Of a stretch of DNA of 56,386 bases, positions 9,618 to 19,606 are shown in pieces; the first letter of the stretch is position 1; each line of letters opens with the position of its first letter. A model generated the notes under the pieces. The model was not told the origin of the DNA and searched no databases. It worked only from the letters and a program-made list of their open reading frames with translations. The position numbers and the translations under genes were made by a program. Source of the DNA: a virus (taxonomy: Duplodnaviria; Caudoviricetes); the IMG/VR virus record IMGVR_UViG_3300025117_000077, positions 1 through 56,386 of that record. The stretch is one strand, 5' to 3'.

Positions 9618-9836
9618 ATGGCCTGGACCTGCACCATCGAGCGAGTAGATAACGGCTATAAAATTAAGTACGAAGGCGAGAACGGTCCTTCCTGGCACGT
9701 TATTCAGGAGGATGAAGTGGACGGCCTCAAGGACCACGAGGAATTATTATTTTGGCTTATGGATTATTTTAATTTCGGCGGCTCAAAACATGACCCGGAG
9801 AGACTACGGATCAAGCGGGAGCAATCAGATGGATAA
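9618..9836 (+). CDS. Hypothetical protein
   Basis: SD and coupling with the next gene. Confidence 0.55.
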   Translation: MAWTCTIERVDNGYKIKYEGENGPSWHVIQEDEVDGLKDHEELLFWLMDYFNFGGSKHDPERLRIKREQSDG

Positions 9837-10116
9837 AATACGCATCCTGGGGCACGACTATTGCCTCACATTTGACCCATTGCTCGACAAAACACGGGGA
9901 TCAAACGGGGAGTGCTGCTCTAATATTTGCCGCATTAATATCGACTCCCACTCCGCACCATCCCGGCAAAAATGGACTGTCATCCATGAGATTATCGAGG
10001 GCATTAACTACGAGTTAGAGCTAAAACTGGAGCATCAACAGATTACAGCCCTGGGAGCGTCCTTCTTTCAGGTCTTTGCCGATAACCCAAAATTGCTGGA
10101 GTATCTAAAGCAATGA
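9829..10116 (+). CDS. Zincin-like small phage protein with degenerate HExxH
   Basis: G.C.....I.ID...TVIHEIIEGI. Start moved from 9712. Confidence 0.55.
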   Translation: MDKIRILGHDYCLTFDPLLDKTRGSNGECCSNICRINIDSHSAPSRQKWTVIHEIIEGINYELELKLEHQQITALGASFFQVFADNPKLLEYLKQ

Positions 10117-10373
10117 GCGTTCCAGGACCAAGAAAAAATTTGTACCGGCTTTGGTCAGAACAAGAGGAAAAAGTTTTAAGAAAAATGGTTGAAGCCGGGT
10201 GTACCGTCTATGAGATCCAGTCTGCCCTGCCCATGCGCTCAATATCGTCTATCCGTCAAAAAACCGATTTCATGAACATGAATTTCAGGTACGATAACGA
10301 GATTGACATGGATGCTTTTAACTCACTTATGGGAGGAAAAATTAGAGGATGGAAGCCTCTGGATGCCGTATAA
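10113..10373 (+). CDS. Myb/HTH-like small DNA-binding protein
   Basis: WSEQEEKVL...EIQSALPMRSISSIRQK. Confidence 0.5.
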   Translation: MSVPGPRKNLYRLWSEQEEKVLRKMVEAGCTVYEIQSALPMRSISSIRQKTDFMNMNFRYDNEIDMDAFNSLMGGKIRGWKPLDAV

Positions 10374-11239
10374 TCAGATACGGTAAAAAAGACGCCGAGT
10401 TTTCGATTTACGATATTGCCGATATTCACGCATTAAACCGGGGGATCTCCAAGGCTCATCTTTATCGTGACGTTCAGCGGATCAAAAAAGACCCCTACGC
10501 TCTCTGGTTTGAAGGCGGTGATTACGGGGATTGGATTTATCCCGGCGATCCCCGCTTCGATCCCCAAGCCTTTGACCCCGAAGTCAGAGTTGTCGATTTA
10601 GCCTACCTTGGCAGTTTAATAGCCGATTTCATCATTGATACTTTTACCCCCATTAAGTCTAAATGTGTAGGTTTTCTTATCGGCAACCACTCCATTACGG
10701 CGATCACCAGGAAAGATCAAGCCTGGGTGCATGATTTTATCTGTAAAAAATTAGGCGTTCCAGACATGAGGTTTTCAGGTTTTACGGACCTGTATTTTAT
10801 TTGGGAAGAAGGACGACCCTCAGTCCTTATGGAAGTATCGCAAAAACCGCCTAAGCATTTTACCGCCCGGTTAAGGTGCTTCCTTCATCATGGCATGGGT
10901 GCGGCTAATACGGCAGGAGGGAAAATCAATAAACTCAAGGCCCTGGTCGATATGGTGGACGCTGACCTTGTGATGATGGGCCATGTCCATGAACAATTTG
11001 CCAAAGCCTTTTTAAGATTGTCTCCGAATGAGAACTGTACGGAAATAGGGCAAAAGGTAACAATGGGCCTTATTACCGGATCGTATTTAAGGACCTACGC
11101 TCCTGGCTTTACCGGGTATGGTGAAATCAAGGGCTATTCACCAACCACCCTGGGGGCTACCAGGGCAAGGTATAAACCTGGAGAACTGAGTTTAACCGTT
11201 GAGAACAGAGCCGACGGAGTAGGTTTGAGGGGGATATAG
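10349..11239 (+). CDS. Calcineurin-like metallophosphoesterase
   Basis: DIH, GGDYGD, GNH, HHG and GHVH motifs. Confidence 0.85.
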   Translation: MEASGCRIIRYGKKDAEFSIYDIADIHALNRGISKAHLYRDVQRIKKDPYALWFEGGDYGDWIYPGDPRFDPQAFDPEVRVVDLAYLGSLIADFIIDTFTPIKSKCVGFLIGNHSITAITRKDQAWVHDFICKKLGVPDMRFSGFTDLYFIWEEGRPSVLMEVSQKPPKHFTARLRCFLHHGMGAANTAGGKINKLKALVDMVDADLVMMGHVHEQFAKAFLRLSPNENCTEIGQKVTMGLITGSYLRTYAPGFTGYGEIKGYSPTTLGATRARYKPGELSLTVENRADGVGLRGI

Positions 11240-11302
11240 CCAACGTAAATGTTCTCTTAAACCATTGGAGAGAAATACTATACAACGGAGGACGGAGGTT
11301 TC

Positions 11303-11563
11303 TTGAATAAGAATTATGAGGAAATTGGGAAAGAGATAGGGAAACTGGTAGCCGAGAAACAGATTGCCTATGGTGATTCCTTCGGGAAGGCCGGGGAGGT
11401 GCTAAAGATACTTTACCCGTCTGGTGTATCATTAGAGCAGTATGACGATATGTTAAGTATCATTAGGATAATTGATAAGATTTTCCGAATAGCGAATGCA
11501 AGGGATGCCTTTGGCGAGAATCCCTATCGGGACATTGCCGGTTATGGAATATTAAAGTCATAA
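11303..11563 (+). CDS. Nucleotide-modification-associated (DUF1599/DUF6378-like) alpha-helical protein
   Basis: K..AYGDSF...DKIFRI...DIAGYGIL pattern. Confidence 0.55.
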   Translation: MNKNYEEIGKEIGKLVAEKQIAYGDSFGKAGEVLKILYPSGVSLEQYDDMLSIIRIIDKIFRIANARDAFGENPYRDIAGYGILKS

Positions 11564-11608
11564 AGTCAGTAAGTATCAAATGATACTTTTACCTACAAAA
11601 GTAAAATT

Positions 11609-12007
11609 ATGACCAGAATATTATCAATCTTAATCATCCTCCTAACCTCCTGCGCCCACCCAACTTTATTCCAGTCCAACACCTGCGCCATAGATGCCGT
11701 GGTCAACCATCAGCAAGTACGTCTGCAAAGCGCCGACATATGGTGCGAGATTATGCAGGTATCTTGGGAAGAATGGGGCGATAGTTACTCTCACCATTTC
11801 CTTGTCTGGGAGCATCCACGGACCGGCACTCTCTGGGTGTCCGACCAGTACGGGTCGAGTGACACTCATTTGCTCCGAGGGGATGTCACCAACTGGTCAG
11901 GGGTGGCCTTCGTGGGGCTTATGGCTCGGGGTAGAGTTGTCCGGGCCCCTGTTTTAGCTCGGCTTCTTGACCATTTCGGTGATACCGCCGATAAGGTCAG
12001 GCGGTGA
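11609..12007 (+). CDS. Putative lipoprotein
   Basis: MTRILSILIILLTS|C lipobox. Confidence 0.5.
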   Translation: MTRILSILIILLTSCAHPTLFQSNTCAIDAVVNHQQVRLQSADIWCEIMQVSWEEWGDSYSHHFLVWEHPRTGTLWVSDQYGSSDTHLLRGDVTNWSGVAFVGLMARGRVVRAPVLARLLDHFGDTADKVRR

Positions 12008-12182
12008 GGGTTTCTAATCTTTCCTGCATTGCACTATGAGCAGTAACTAGTGTCCAAAGATTTAAATCTTCATCGGTTATATTTTCAATCCCTGTATCGC
12101 TCAATTTTTTTAGTGCGACCCATAATTCCCGAATCGAAATATCAACCTTTTGTCTTGGAGATATTCCCTTAAACTCTATCAT
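11997..12182 (-). CDS. Hypothetical protein
   Basis: Strong G-rich SD before ATG 12182; last gene of the leftward operon. Confidence 0.5.
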   Translation of the reverse strand: MIEFKGISPRQKVDISIRELWVALKKLSDTGIENITDEDLNLWTLVTAHSAMQERLETLTA

Positions 12183-12553
12183 CCTTCCCCCTTCCATCCC
12201 AAAAATTTGGCCCATTCCTCGATGAACTTGGGGCCGATTAGGTCAATATTTATAAACCACACATTTCTTAACCAATTCGGCTTCCCTTCTTCCGGTTCTT
12301 TCTTTCCGTAGTAGGCAATGAACTTTGAGAACCCCTCGCTCCCCATAGCCTTTCTCCAAACTACCATCCAGGTGGAGTCGGTTAGGTAGTTTAGTTTTTC
12401 ATTCTCTTCCCGTATGTGAATAAATAAATTTACTTGGGACGCAAAGGATGCTCGACATTTGCAAAAATAGGCCCCAAATCCATCATGATCAAACTTATGC
12501 CACTCACCCAGCCACTCTGCTATGAACTTGTTGATGCTTTCTTCTTTGGTCAT
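12179..12553 (-). CDS. Hypothetical protein
   Basis: SD gggagggggg before MTKEES. Confidence 0.55.
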   Translation of the reverse strand: MTKEESINKFIAEWLGEWHKFDHDGFGAYFCKCRASFASQVNLFIHIREENEKLNYLTDSTWMVVWRKAMGSEGFSKFIAYYGKKEPEEGKPNWLRNVWFINIDLIGPKFIEEWAKFLGWKGEG

Positions 12554-12566
12554 TCTCCCCCCTCCC

Positions 12567-12827
12567 TTAATACTTGACAGGAACAAGTTCCCACTTCCAA
12601 TCTTTTTTGGGAAATCTTTCTAAAAATTTTTCTTCTGGACCCCACCAGCATTCACACCCCCACACCGTTTCCCCATTATCTAAATCAATCCGAGGATTTT
12701 CTTGCCCAAAGTTAAATCCTCCGACCGTTGGCGGTAATTTGAAATCACCGGCATAAACACCATGACCATAATATTTTATTACCCCATTTTTTGCGGACAT
12801 AATAGCAATTACCCTTTTCTTATCCAT
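12567..12827 (-). CDS. Hypothetical phage protein (WGCECWW motif)
   Basis: SD; NPRIDLDNGETVWGCECWWG. Confidence 0.6.
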   Translation of the reverse strand: MDKKRVIAIMSAKNGVIKYYGHGVYAGDFKLPPTVGGFNFGQENPRIDLDNGETVWGCECWWGPEEKFLERFPKKDWKWELVPVKY

Positions 12828-12884
12828 TCTCCCCCTTCCCGCACGGTTTAATCCCGCTTTTTACTCCCGGTTTGTGTCATAATT

Positions 12885-13061
12885 TCATGTATTTTTAATC
12901 ACCACGGTTTTATTTGTTTTAAAGGGATCATAAATGATATAGACGAACCCACCCTTTCTAAAAACCTCTTTCCAGTTAGGATATAATTCTGGAAGGCCAT
13001 CTGAATTTTTATCATATTCCTTTTCCGGTATCTTCTCACATCTCCAGGCTTTTACGTCCAT
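12885..13061 (-). CDS. Hypothetical protein
   Basis: SD ggaagggtg before MDVKAW. Confidence 0.45.
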   Translation of the reverse strand: MDVKAWRCEKIPEKEYDKNSDGLPELYPNWKEVFRKGGFVYIIYDPFKTNKTVVIKNT

Positions 13062-13299
13062 CACCCTTCCTTTCCTTGTCAAACTGTTGTACGTCCAGGG
13101 TTTTAACCACAAGAAAACGATCCCCCTCTTTTTGGGTAACAACTTTCATACCCCCTATCCGGGCCAATCCTGCTATAGCAACCCTGTCAGCATGAGTTGA
13201 AACAAAAAAATAATCTCCTATTTTTAAGTCTCTCAGAAATTGGGTCATTCCCCATCTCTTTTTTGATTTTAGTGGGGTATCAATAAAAAATCTTTCCAT
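13036..13299 (-). CDS. Small basic putative DNA-binding protein (apparent paralog of 13520..13717)
   Basis: KKRW..F.DLKIGD.FFV...G.KV.TQKEGDRFLV. Confidence 0.55.
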   Translation of the reverse strand: MERFFIDTPLKSKKRWGMTQFLRDLKIGDYFFVSTHADRVAIAGLARIGGMKVVTQKEGDRFLVVKTLDVQQFDKERKGDGRKSLEM

Positions 13300-13396
13300 C
13301 TCACTCTCCCCCTTTCCCCTCCAGCATCCCCCTCAAGTCCTCAACCGAGGCATCGGCGTATCTCCTGGCTGTGGCCGGGGAGTTTATTTTCTGGGT

Positions 13397-13424
13397 AGTA
13401 TATCATTATCAAAATGGGTGTCAA
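13397..13424 (-). promoter_or_regulatory. Leftward sigma70-type promoter
   Basis: Minus strand TTGACA-N16-TATACT with extended -10 TG. Confidence 0.6.
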
Positions 13425-13466
13425 GATATTTTTTTACTTTGGACAAAAGATTTTTTACTTTTTCTC

Positions 13467-13495
13467 TTGACAATGGGGTTTGACTATGATAAATC
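13467..13495 (+). promoter_or_regulatory. Rightward sigma70-type promoter
   Basis: TTGACA-N17-TAAATC with TG; weak -10. Confidence 0.5.
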
Positions 13496-13519
13496 TACTT
13501 TTAAATGGAGGTAAAAAGT

Positions 13520-13717
13520 ATGGGAAAGAAAAAACATAGACAACCTAAACTACGGAAAAGATGGGAAAAAAGGGACTTTACCAACCTTAAAGAAGATGGT
13601 CCTCCTATTCAAATAGATTTTGCCGGGGCAAAAGCTGCTTATGCCTGGGGTAAAAAGAATGGCGTCCAGGTTCATACGGAAAAAGAAGAGGATCATTACT
13701 TGGTTTGGAGGTTGTAG
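13520..13717 (+). CDS. Small basic putative DNA-binding protein
   Basis: SD ggagg; RKRW..DF.NLK...WGKKNG.QV.TEKEEDHYLVWRL. Confidence 0.55.
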   Translation: MGKKKHRQPKLRKRWEKRDFTNLKEDGPPIQIDFAGAKAAYAWGKKNGVQVHTEKEEDHYLVWRL

Positions 13718-14025
13718 TGAAAATTGTCACCGTCTATGTGGTTTATGGGAAACATTGGGGGAAAAAGTGGCAAGTAAAGATAGGCGCAACAGAGGATTTA
13801 AAGGGAAGACTTTATTCACTATTCCAAAACGATAAATATAAATTAATTCATGCAATACAAGCGCCGCCATTTTTAGAAAGAATACTCCATAAAGTAGCTA
13901 AGCCATTTAATGTAGGCGGGCATAATAATGAATGGTTCAGGGTTGATTGTTTACCTAAAGTTAAAGAAATTGTAGATATTTATGAAAAATATAAAAACAG
14001 AGACCAGCGAGGTAGAAAAATCTAA
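13705..14025 (+). CDS. GIY-YIG (T5orf172/MUG113-like) nuclease
   Basis: VYVV...VKIGAT..L..R...E..LH...NEWF. Confidence 0.65.
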   Translation: MEVVVKIVTVYVVYGKHWGKKWQVKIGATEDLKGRLYSLFQNDKYKLIHAIQAPPFLERILHKVAKPFNVGGHNNEWFRVDCLPKVKEIVDIYEKYKNRDQRGRKI

Positions 14026-14143
14026 TGGTCGAAACCTACGAATTCATAATCAAGATGCAAGTCACCGACTACGACCTCCAAGAAGAGCTTGAGGCCATCA
14101 TCGAGGAGTTGGACCGGCTGTCGACTGAAGAGGCGATATTGGA

Positions 14144-14776
14144 ATGATTAACCTATTTCAAGGCGACTGCATGATCGGCATGAAAGAGTTTCCTGACAAG
14201 TTCTTCGATCTTGCCATTGTTGATCCGCCTTATGGGGTTAAGAGGGATAAGGGCTTTGAGGGCTTTGGCCCTCCCATTGCCCGAACTCAATATCATGGCG
14301 AATGGGATGATAAACGGCCGGATGGTAATTATTTTAAAGAACTTATTAGGGTCTCTAATAATTCAATTATTTTTGGTGGAAATTTCTTTGCCGATCTCTT
14401 GCCCTGTGGAAACCATTGGGTATTTTGGGACAAAATGAACACCATGCCAACCTTTGGAGATGGTGAATTAATCTATACAACCATAAAGAGAAATTCGGTC
14501 AAAAAGAAAATCTTGGAATGGAACGGTCTTTTAGGCAAAGAAAAAGAACCCCGTATCCACCCCACCCAAAAGCCCGTAGCCCTCTACAAATGGCTCCTGA
14601 AGAACTACGCAAATCCGGGGGATAAGATACTTGATACACACTTTGGGAGCCTCTCAATAGGCATAGCGTGTCATGACATGGGGTTTGACCTTTGGGCTTA
14701 CGAACTGGACCCCGAATACTTTCAGGCCGGGAATGAACGCCTTGAACGGCATCAACGGCAGATGATGTTGTTTTAG
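14144..14776 (+). CDS. DNA N6-adenine/N4-cytosine methyltransferase (beta class)
   Basis: DLAIVDPPY, HPTQKP, ILDTHFGS motifs. Confidence 0.9.
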   Translation: MINLFQGDCMIGMKEFPDKFFDLAIVDPPYGVKRDKGFEGFGPPIARTQYHGEWDDKRPDGNYFKELIRVSNNSIIFGGNFFADLLPCGNHWVFWDKMNTMPTFGDGELIYTTIKRNSVKKKILEWNGLLGKEKEPRIHPTQKPVALYKWLLKNYANPGDKILDTHFGSLSIGIACHDMGFDLWAYELDPEYFQAGNERLERHQRQMMLF

Positions 14777-15164
14777 CACTTAACCTCTAACCAGGGCAGG
14801 GTGTTGGCTGGCGCTGCAACCTGCACACCGAGCCGGGCGGTTACCCGGCAGAAAGGGGAATTATGCCCAACACATACTGGCTAATCTTAGGAATGGGGGT
14901 GGCCCTGATTCTCTTCGTGGTCGGGTACATGGCTTGGGATAGGTGGGACTATAAGCGCAGACAGGCCGAATGGCTTAAGGAGCATGGGTTATGAAGGTAA
15001 ATGTCTTGCGTAATATGGGAACAATACGGTTTTTCAATTGGGCTATTTCTGGCCGATATAATTTAAATCAAAAACTTTGGAAACAAAAATGGGTTGTTAG
15101 GCTATTTGGCCCAGGTAGGCATCTGTTGTTTTACACAAAATATGACAATAGAAAGGACTAACCC

Positions 15165-15680
15165 ATGATCTGCCCAACCCTGCACACCCGGACGCTGACA
15201 ATCCCCTGCCTGACCAGGAGGGTAGACGAGAGGTTTCCGACCTGTTCCCGATGTATCCAGGGACTAGCGCTCCATGAGGCTATTTGCTGGATTAATGGCG
15301 ATACCATCACGCCGATTATGATTAAAGGCTATCCGAAGAAAAGAACGTGGGGGAGAGCGTCGTCATGCCCTGAATGCGGAGCCGGAGTAAAAGAGAAATA
15401 CTGCGGCCTTGTCATCTTTGATTGCGAGCATGGGGCTGAAAGGCGGGAAAAAATTAAGCAAATGAAGTGCGAAGCAAATGCGAAAATGAGGCGGGTGCAA
15501 GGGATTAAGGCCAAGGCTGAAACTTGGAGTAAAGTGCTGACCGAGAAAGTATGTTCTGACTGCGGTCTTCCGAAAAAAATCGGAGAATATTACCGTCCTA
15601 ACCGGCCATATTGTCGGGTATGCGATAACAAGCGGCGGGGATTAAGGGACAAGAAAGCGAGGGCTAAAGATGCGAGCTAA
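15165..15680 (+). CDS. Cys-rich multi-zinc-finger protein
   Basis: Several CxxC pairs (CSRC, CPEC, CSDC, CRVC). Confidence 0.55.
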   Translation: MICPTLHTRTLTIPCLTRRVDERFPTCSRCIQGLALHEAICWINGDTITPIMIKGYPKKRTWGRASSCPECGAGVKEKYCGLVIFDCEHGAERREKIKQMKCEANAKMRRVQGIKAKAETWSKVLTEKVCSDCGLPKKIGEYYRPNRPYCRVCDNKRRGLRDKKARAKDAS

Positions 15681-16463
15681 ACCTGAGTACATTTTACCGT
15701 TTGAGAGGCACGAATTTGGCAACGGGGATTTATTACCGATTCTTAAGAAGTTGGCCGCTGAGAAGGCCGTCAAGGTGGATGCGGTTATCACTTCCTCCAA
15801 GGCCGACAAGTTATTAAAGGGTGTGGCCCTTGTATTCTGTGCGGCTCTTGGAATCTTGGTGGCTGTCCAAGTCGCTTTGAGGGTGATCCCATGATCTATT
15901 TCCTGCTCGGTCTGTTCCTGGGCGTAGCCCTGGGAGTATTCGCCATGTGTTTGATTATTTCCGGGGCTAAGGTTCCGGTGAATTAAGAGGAAGGAGGAGA
16001 AACCAAATGAGCCCAACCCCAATTAGCATCATTGGTGAATATCTAAGGAGGCAAATCGTGAGTTCACTAGCCAACGGCATGGTCGAAAGCGCCGCTACGC
16101 AAGATCGCCGGGAGAGGGAAGAGGACAGGAGCGACCTGTTTGAGTTTGCCATAGAACTGACCCGGAGCTATGCCAAGGCGGTATTACAAGAGAAAGGAGA
16201 AGAGGATGGGAACGACACATAGGCAAGACCAAGATTTTATAGCCGATGTTTTGCCGAAAGACTTGCTGGAATTGGCTATTGATTGGATTGTACATAACAT
16301 GGAACCGGAAGATGTTTTCGGGGAAGATCGGTTGTTTGAATGGTGCAAGGATAACTACACGGAATGAAGCCAAAGTTAATCAAGTGCCCCCACCTTAAAG
16401 GGGATCGTATGGAAATTAGATACTGCCGGGAGATTTGCCGGAAAAAGTGCGAGAGGAGGAAAC

Positions 16464-16685
16464 ATGACGGAAGAAAATGCTAAAACCAAATGGTGTCCAT
16501 ACACCCGTTTCCATGTTGTTCCAGATCAAGGGATATGGGTTTACTCCAATCGAAACAATGGAGAATTAACATCAAACTGTATCGCTTCGGCCTGTATGCT
16601 TTGGGTTGAGACGGACAATCTGCCCCAGCCGGGTAATGATTTTAGCGAACCTGTGAGAAGCGGCCATTGCGGTCTGGCCAGATAA
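16464..16685 (+). CDS. Cys-containing hypothetical phage protein
   Basis: SD gagg; KWCP...CIASACMLW...GHCGLA. Confidence 0.55.
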   Translation: MTEENAKTKWCPYTRFHVVPDQGIWVYSNRNNGELTSNCIASACMLWVETDNLPQPGNDFSEPVRSGHCGLAR

Positions 16686-16857
16686 GGGAGGGAGGAACGA
16701 TGGAGCTAAAGATTGAAAAGTATTTGGTTGAGAAAATGCTGATGAAGCTGATCCCCAAGCAAATTCTTGAGGGTCATGTTATCACCCGGATTGAAGCTGA
16801 CTACAATGGGGATATTAAAATACACATGAAGGAGAAGGAAGAAAGCGAGGGGGAATA

Positions 16858-17727
16858 ATGGGGTTGAGCGAGGGAGTTTATAAAATACCGCAAGAGGAAT
16901 ACCACCTTGATCCGGTTATCGAACCGAGCCTTTCCAGGGGTATCATAATGGATCTGCTATTCAGGAGTCCGGCCCATGCTCGTATTAACCATCCAAGGTT
17001 AAATCCTGATTGCAAGCCGGAAGTGGATAAGAAGTTTGATCCCGGTCAAGTGGCGCATGGGTTGTTCCTTGAGGGGATTGACAAGGCCGTTGTATTGGAC
17101 TTTGACGACTGGCGCAAGAAGGAAGCGAAGGAATTGCGGGATCAGGCAAGGGCAGAAGGCAAGGTTCCCTTACTTACTCACCAATACGGTGTAGTCACCG
17201 ATATGGTCAAGGCCGCAAGCATTGCCCTCAACGAATCAGAGATTGCCGGTATCTTCGATGATGGCGACGCTGAAATGACCTATGTCTGGCAGGATGGGGG
17301 GGTATGGTGTCGGGCGCTGTTGGATAAGATCAGTAAGAGCCGTCAATTCTGTCTTGATTATAAAACCACCGGGAATTCAGCAAACCCAGAAGATTTTATA
17401 AGGCAGATTCTTAATCACGGCTATGATATTCAAGCCTCATTCTATAGCCGGGGAGTCAAGGCCATTACGGGGGCTGATCCTGCATTCATCTTTCTTGTCC
17501 AAGAGGATAAACCACCTTACCTTTGTTCCTTCATCGCCTTATCACCGGCCTTTATGGAAATGGCGAATCAAAAGGTAATCAGGGGTATGGACCTATGGCG
17601 GTCTTGTATGGCAAGTGGGGAGTGGGCGGGATACCCCAAAAGGGTGTGTTATGCCGAACCGCCACCTTGGGCCTTGACCTGGGAAATGAGAGCAAATTTT
17701 ATCGGTAATTCAATGGAGGATATATAA
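16858..17727 (+). CDS. RecE/exonuclease VIII-like PD-(D/E)XK nuclease (DUF3799)
   Basis: YH..LS.....SPAH; CRALLD...LDYKTT; YDIQASFY. Confidence 0.85.
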   Translation: MGLSEGVYKIPQEEYHLDPVIEPSLSRGIIMDLLFRSPAHARINHPRLNPDCKPEVDKKFDPGQVAHGLFLEGIDKAVVLDFDDWRKKEAKELRDQARAEGKVPLLTHQYGVVTDMVKAASIALNESEIAGIFDDGDAEMTYVWQDGGVWCRALLDKISKSRQFCLDYKTTGNSANPEDFIRQILNHGYDIQASFYSRGVKAITGADPAFIFLVQEDKPPYLCSFIALSPAFMEMANQKVIRGMDLWRSCMASGEWAGYPKRVCYAEPPPWALTWEMRANFIGNSMEDI

Positions 17728-17728
17728 A

Positions 17729-18676
17729 ATGGTGTCATTTAGACCAGCAATAACATCAGAGGCAAAACCGTTAATAGGTTTGTACTCTGAAAGTGGGTGC
17801 GGCAAGACCTATGGGGCATTGCTTTTAGCCAAAGGTTTTTCCGGGGATATGTCAAAAGTGGGAATGATCGAAACAGAATCAGGCCGTGGGGAAATGTACG
17901 CCGATGATCCGGTTGTCGGTGGTTATCAGGTATTGCCTATCAGGGACAACTTTTCCCCTAAAGCCTATGGGGAAGCGATTGTTGAGGCTGGAAAGGCCGG
18001 ATTGACCGTCTTGATAATTGACAGCGGATCTCACGAGTGGGAAGGGGCTGGAGGAGTCCTGTCGATGGCGGCATTGAACCAAGAAGAAGGGAAGAAAGGG
18101 CCTCTTGTCTGGCAACGGCCAAAATTAGATCACCAGAGGGAGTTTATGTTAAGGCTTTTACAAACTCCCGTTTCTCTGGTGATTCTTTGTATGAGGGCTA
18201 AATACCCCATGAAAGAGGAAATCATTAAGGGTGAAAAAAAATGGACCAGATCAACCATTCTTGAACCGAAACAGTCGGACGACATTCTCTTTGAAATGAT
18301 GGTTCACGGGTGGATTGACCAAGAACACAACCTCCACGTTACAAAGTATTCCAAAGAGACGTTTAAGCAAATCTTTCTGGACGGGAAACCAATAACCGTA
18401 GAAACCGGGAAGCGGCTTTCGGAATGGGCCAAGGGGGGCGTCAAGAAAAAGGAGTCCCTCAATACCGCTACTGGCGAGATTGCCCCGGAGAATGGCAACC
18501 AGACGCCCCTATCACCATTTGACGAGTTTATTAAGGGTTGTGATGATATGAAGGCTAAATTGGTCTTTGACTACGTTAAGTCATTTCCAAAAGTTACACC
18601 AGATAGGATTATTGAAAAAGCGAACAGCAATATCGGTAAATTTATTGAATCTTTCGACTCTTGGGTTAACGCATAA
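17729..18676 (+). CDS. Sak4-like AAA ATPase/recombinase
   Basis: SESGCGKT Walker A; LIIDSGSHEWEG; follows the exonuclease. Confidence 0.8.
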   Translation: MVSFRPAITSEAKPLIGLYSESGCGKTYGALLLAKGFSGDMSKVGMIETESGRGEMYADDPVVGGYQVLPIRDNFSPKAYGEAIVEAGKAGLTVLIIDSGSHEWEGAGGVLSMAALNQEEGKKGPLVWQRPKLDHQREFMLRLLQTPVSLVILCMRAKYPMKEEIIKGEKKWTRSTILEPKQSDDILFEMMVHGWIDQEHNLHVTKYSKETFKQIFLDGKPITVETGKRLSEWAKGGVKKKESLNTATGEIAPENGNQTPLSPFDEFIKGCDDMKAKLVFDYVKSFPKVTPDRIIEKANSNIGKFIESFDSWVNA

Positions 18677-18693
18677 AAAAATTGGAGGTAAAA

Positions 18694-18999
18694 ATGGTTT
18701 TTGGATCTATGAAAACAAAAAATCATAAAAATTCTGGTAATATTTTTTTTGTTGATGCCGGAGATGGCTGTTATTATTGTTTAAACAGATCATTTCTAAA
18801 TGGAAGGCCACGAGCAAATAATCGTTTTCATAATTGTGTTAATCTATCTCGGGTTATCTTCGAAAAGTATGTAAGAAAACTTAAAAACTCTGAAGATGTT
18901 CACCATGTCTGTTTAAATAAATGGTGTATTAATTTTAATCACTTACAGCCAATAGATATTTCTGAACACAGAAAATTACATAGAAATTTACAATTATAA
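18694..18999 (+). CDS. HNH endonuclease
   Basis: VHHVCLNKWCINFNHL...EHRKLH; AT-rich. Confidence 0.75.
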   Translation: MVFGSMKTKNHKNSGNIFFVDAGDGCYYCLNRSFLNGRPRANNRFHNCVNLSRVIFEKYVRKLKNSEDVHHVCLNKWCINFNHLQPIDISEHRKLHRNLQL

Positions 19000-19050
19000 C
19001 GCATAGACAACCCAAAAAGGGGCGCGACCATGCGCCCCGGAAAGGAGGGG

Positions 19051-19335
19051 ATGATGATAAGAGGATTTATTGCAAAAAGTTTATTAAGTTGTTCAAATTC
19101 TTTTGATAATGATGATGCACTCCATCTTTATTCAAAAAAGGGCAAAGAAATTCAATGGCATCAAGACGACTATCCCCCGGTTGAGGTCATCGTCCTGGAG
19201 TCCGAGAAGATGGCTGAGGCGGTTAAGGAGTTGCGGCATATCATAAAGAGGACTGACAAAATGGACAGCGGTATAGCAGAGGACTTGAATTATTCGGCCA
19301 CTGTCGCATTGGACATACTGGAGGGGAGGGATTAG
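19051..19335 (+). CDS. Hypothetical protein
   Basis: SD aggagggg; C-terminus shared with the next gene. Confidence 0.55.
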   Translation: MMIRGFIAKSLLSCSNSFDNDDALHLYSKKGKEIQWHQDDYPPVEVIVLESEKMAEAVKELRHIIKRTDKMDSGIAEDLNYSATVALDILEGRD

Positions 19336-19339
19336 GGGG

Positions 19340-19603
19340 ATGATTGATTACAAAAAAGAACTAATTAATCTGATTGACAGCATTTTGTCCCTAAAAAATG
19401 AAGGCTCTGAATTTTATCCAGCGATCAAAATTTTAGACTCCATAAACGCAGAGTGTGTGGCGGTTTGTGATAGGCTGGAAAAGGAGCAGGAGGCAAGCCA
19501 CGTTGTCCTGGAACCCGAGAAGGTGGTGGAAATAACTAGTAATTTAAAGGGTATCCGGGATAAACTTCTTGAAGCTTTGGATATTTTGGAGGGGAGGAAT
19601 TAG
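19340..19603 (+). CDS. Hypothetical protein
   Basis: SD; C-terminal VLEPEK...LDILEGRN. Confidence 0.55.
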   Translation: MIDYKKELINLIDSILSLKNEGSEFYPAIKILDSINAECVAVCDRLEKEQEASHVVLEPEKVVEITSNLKGIRDKLLEALDILEGRN

Positions 19604-19606
19604 GGG

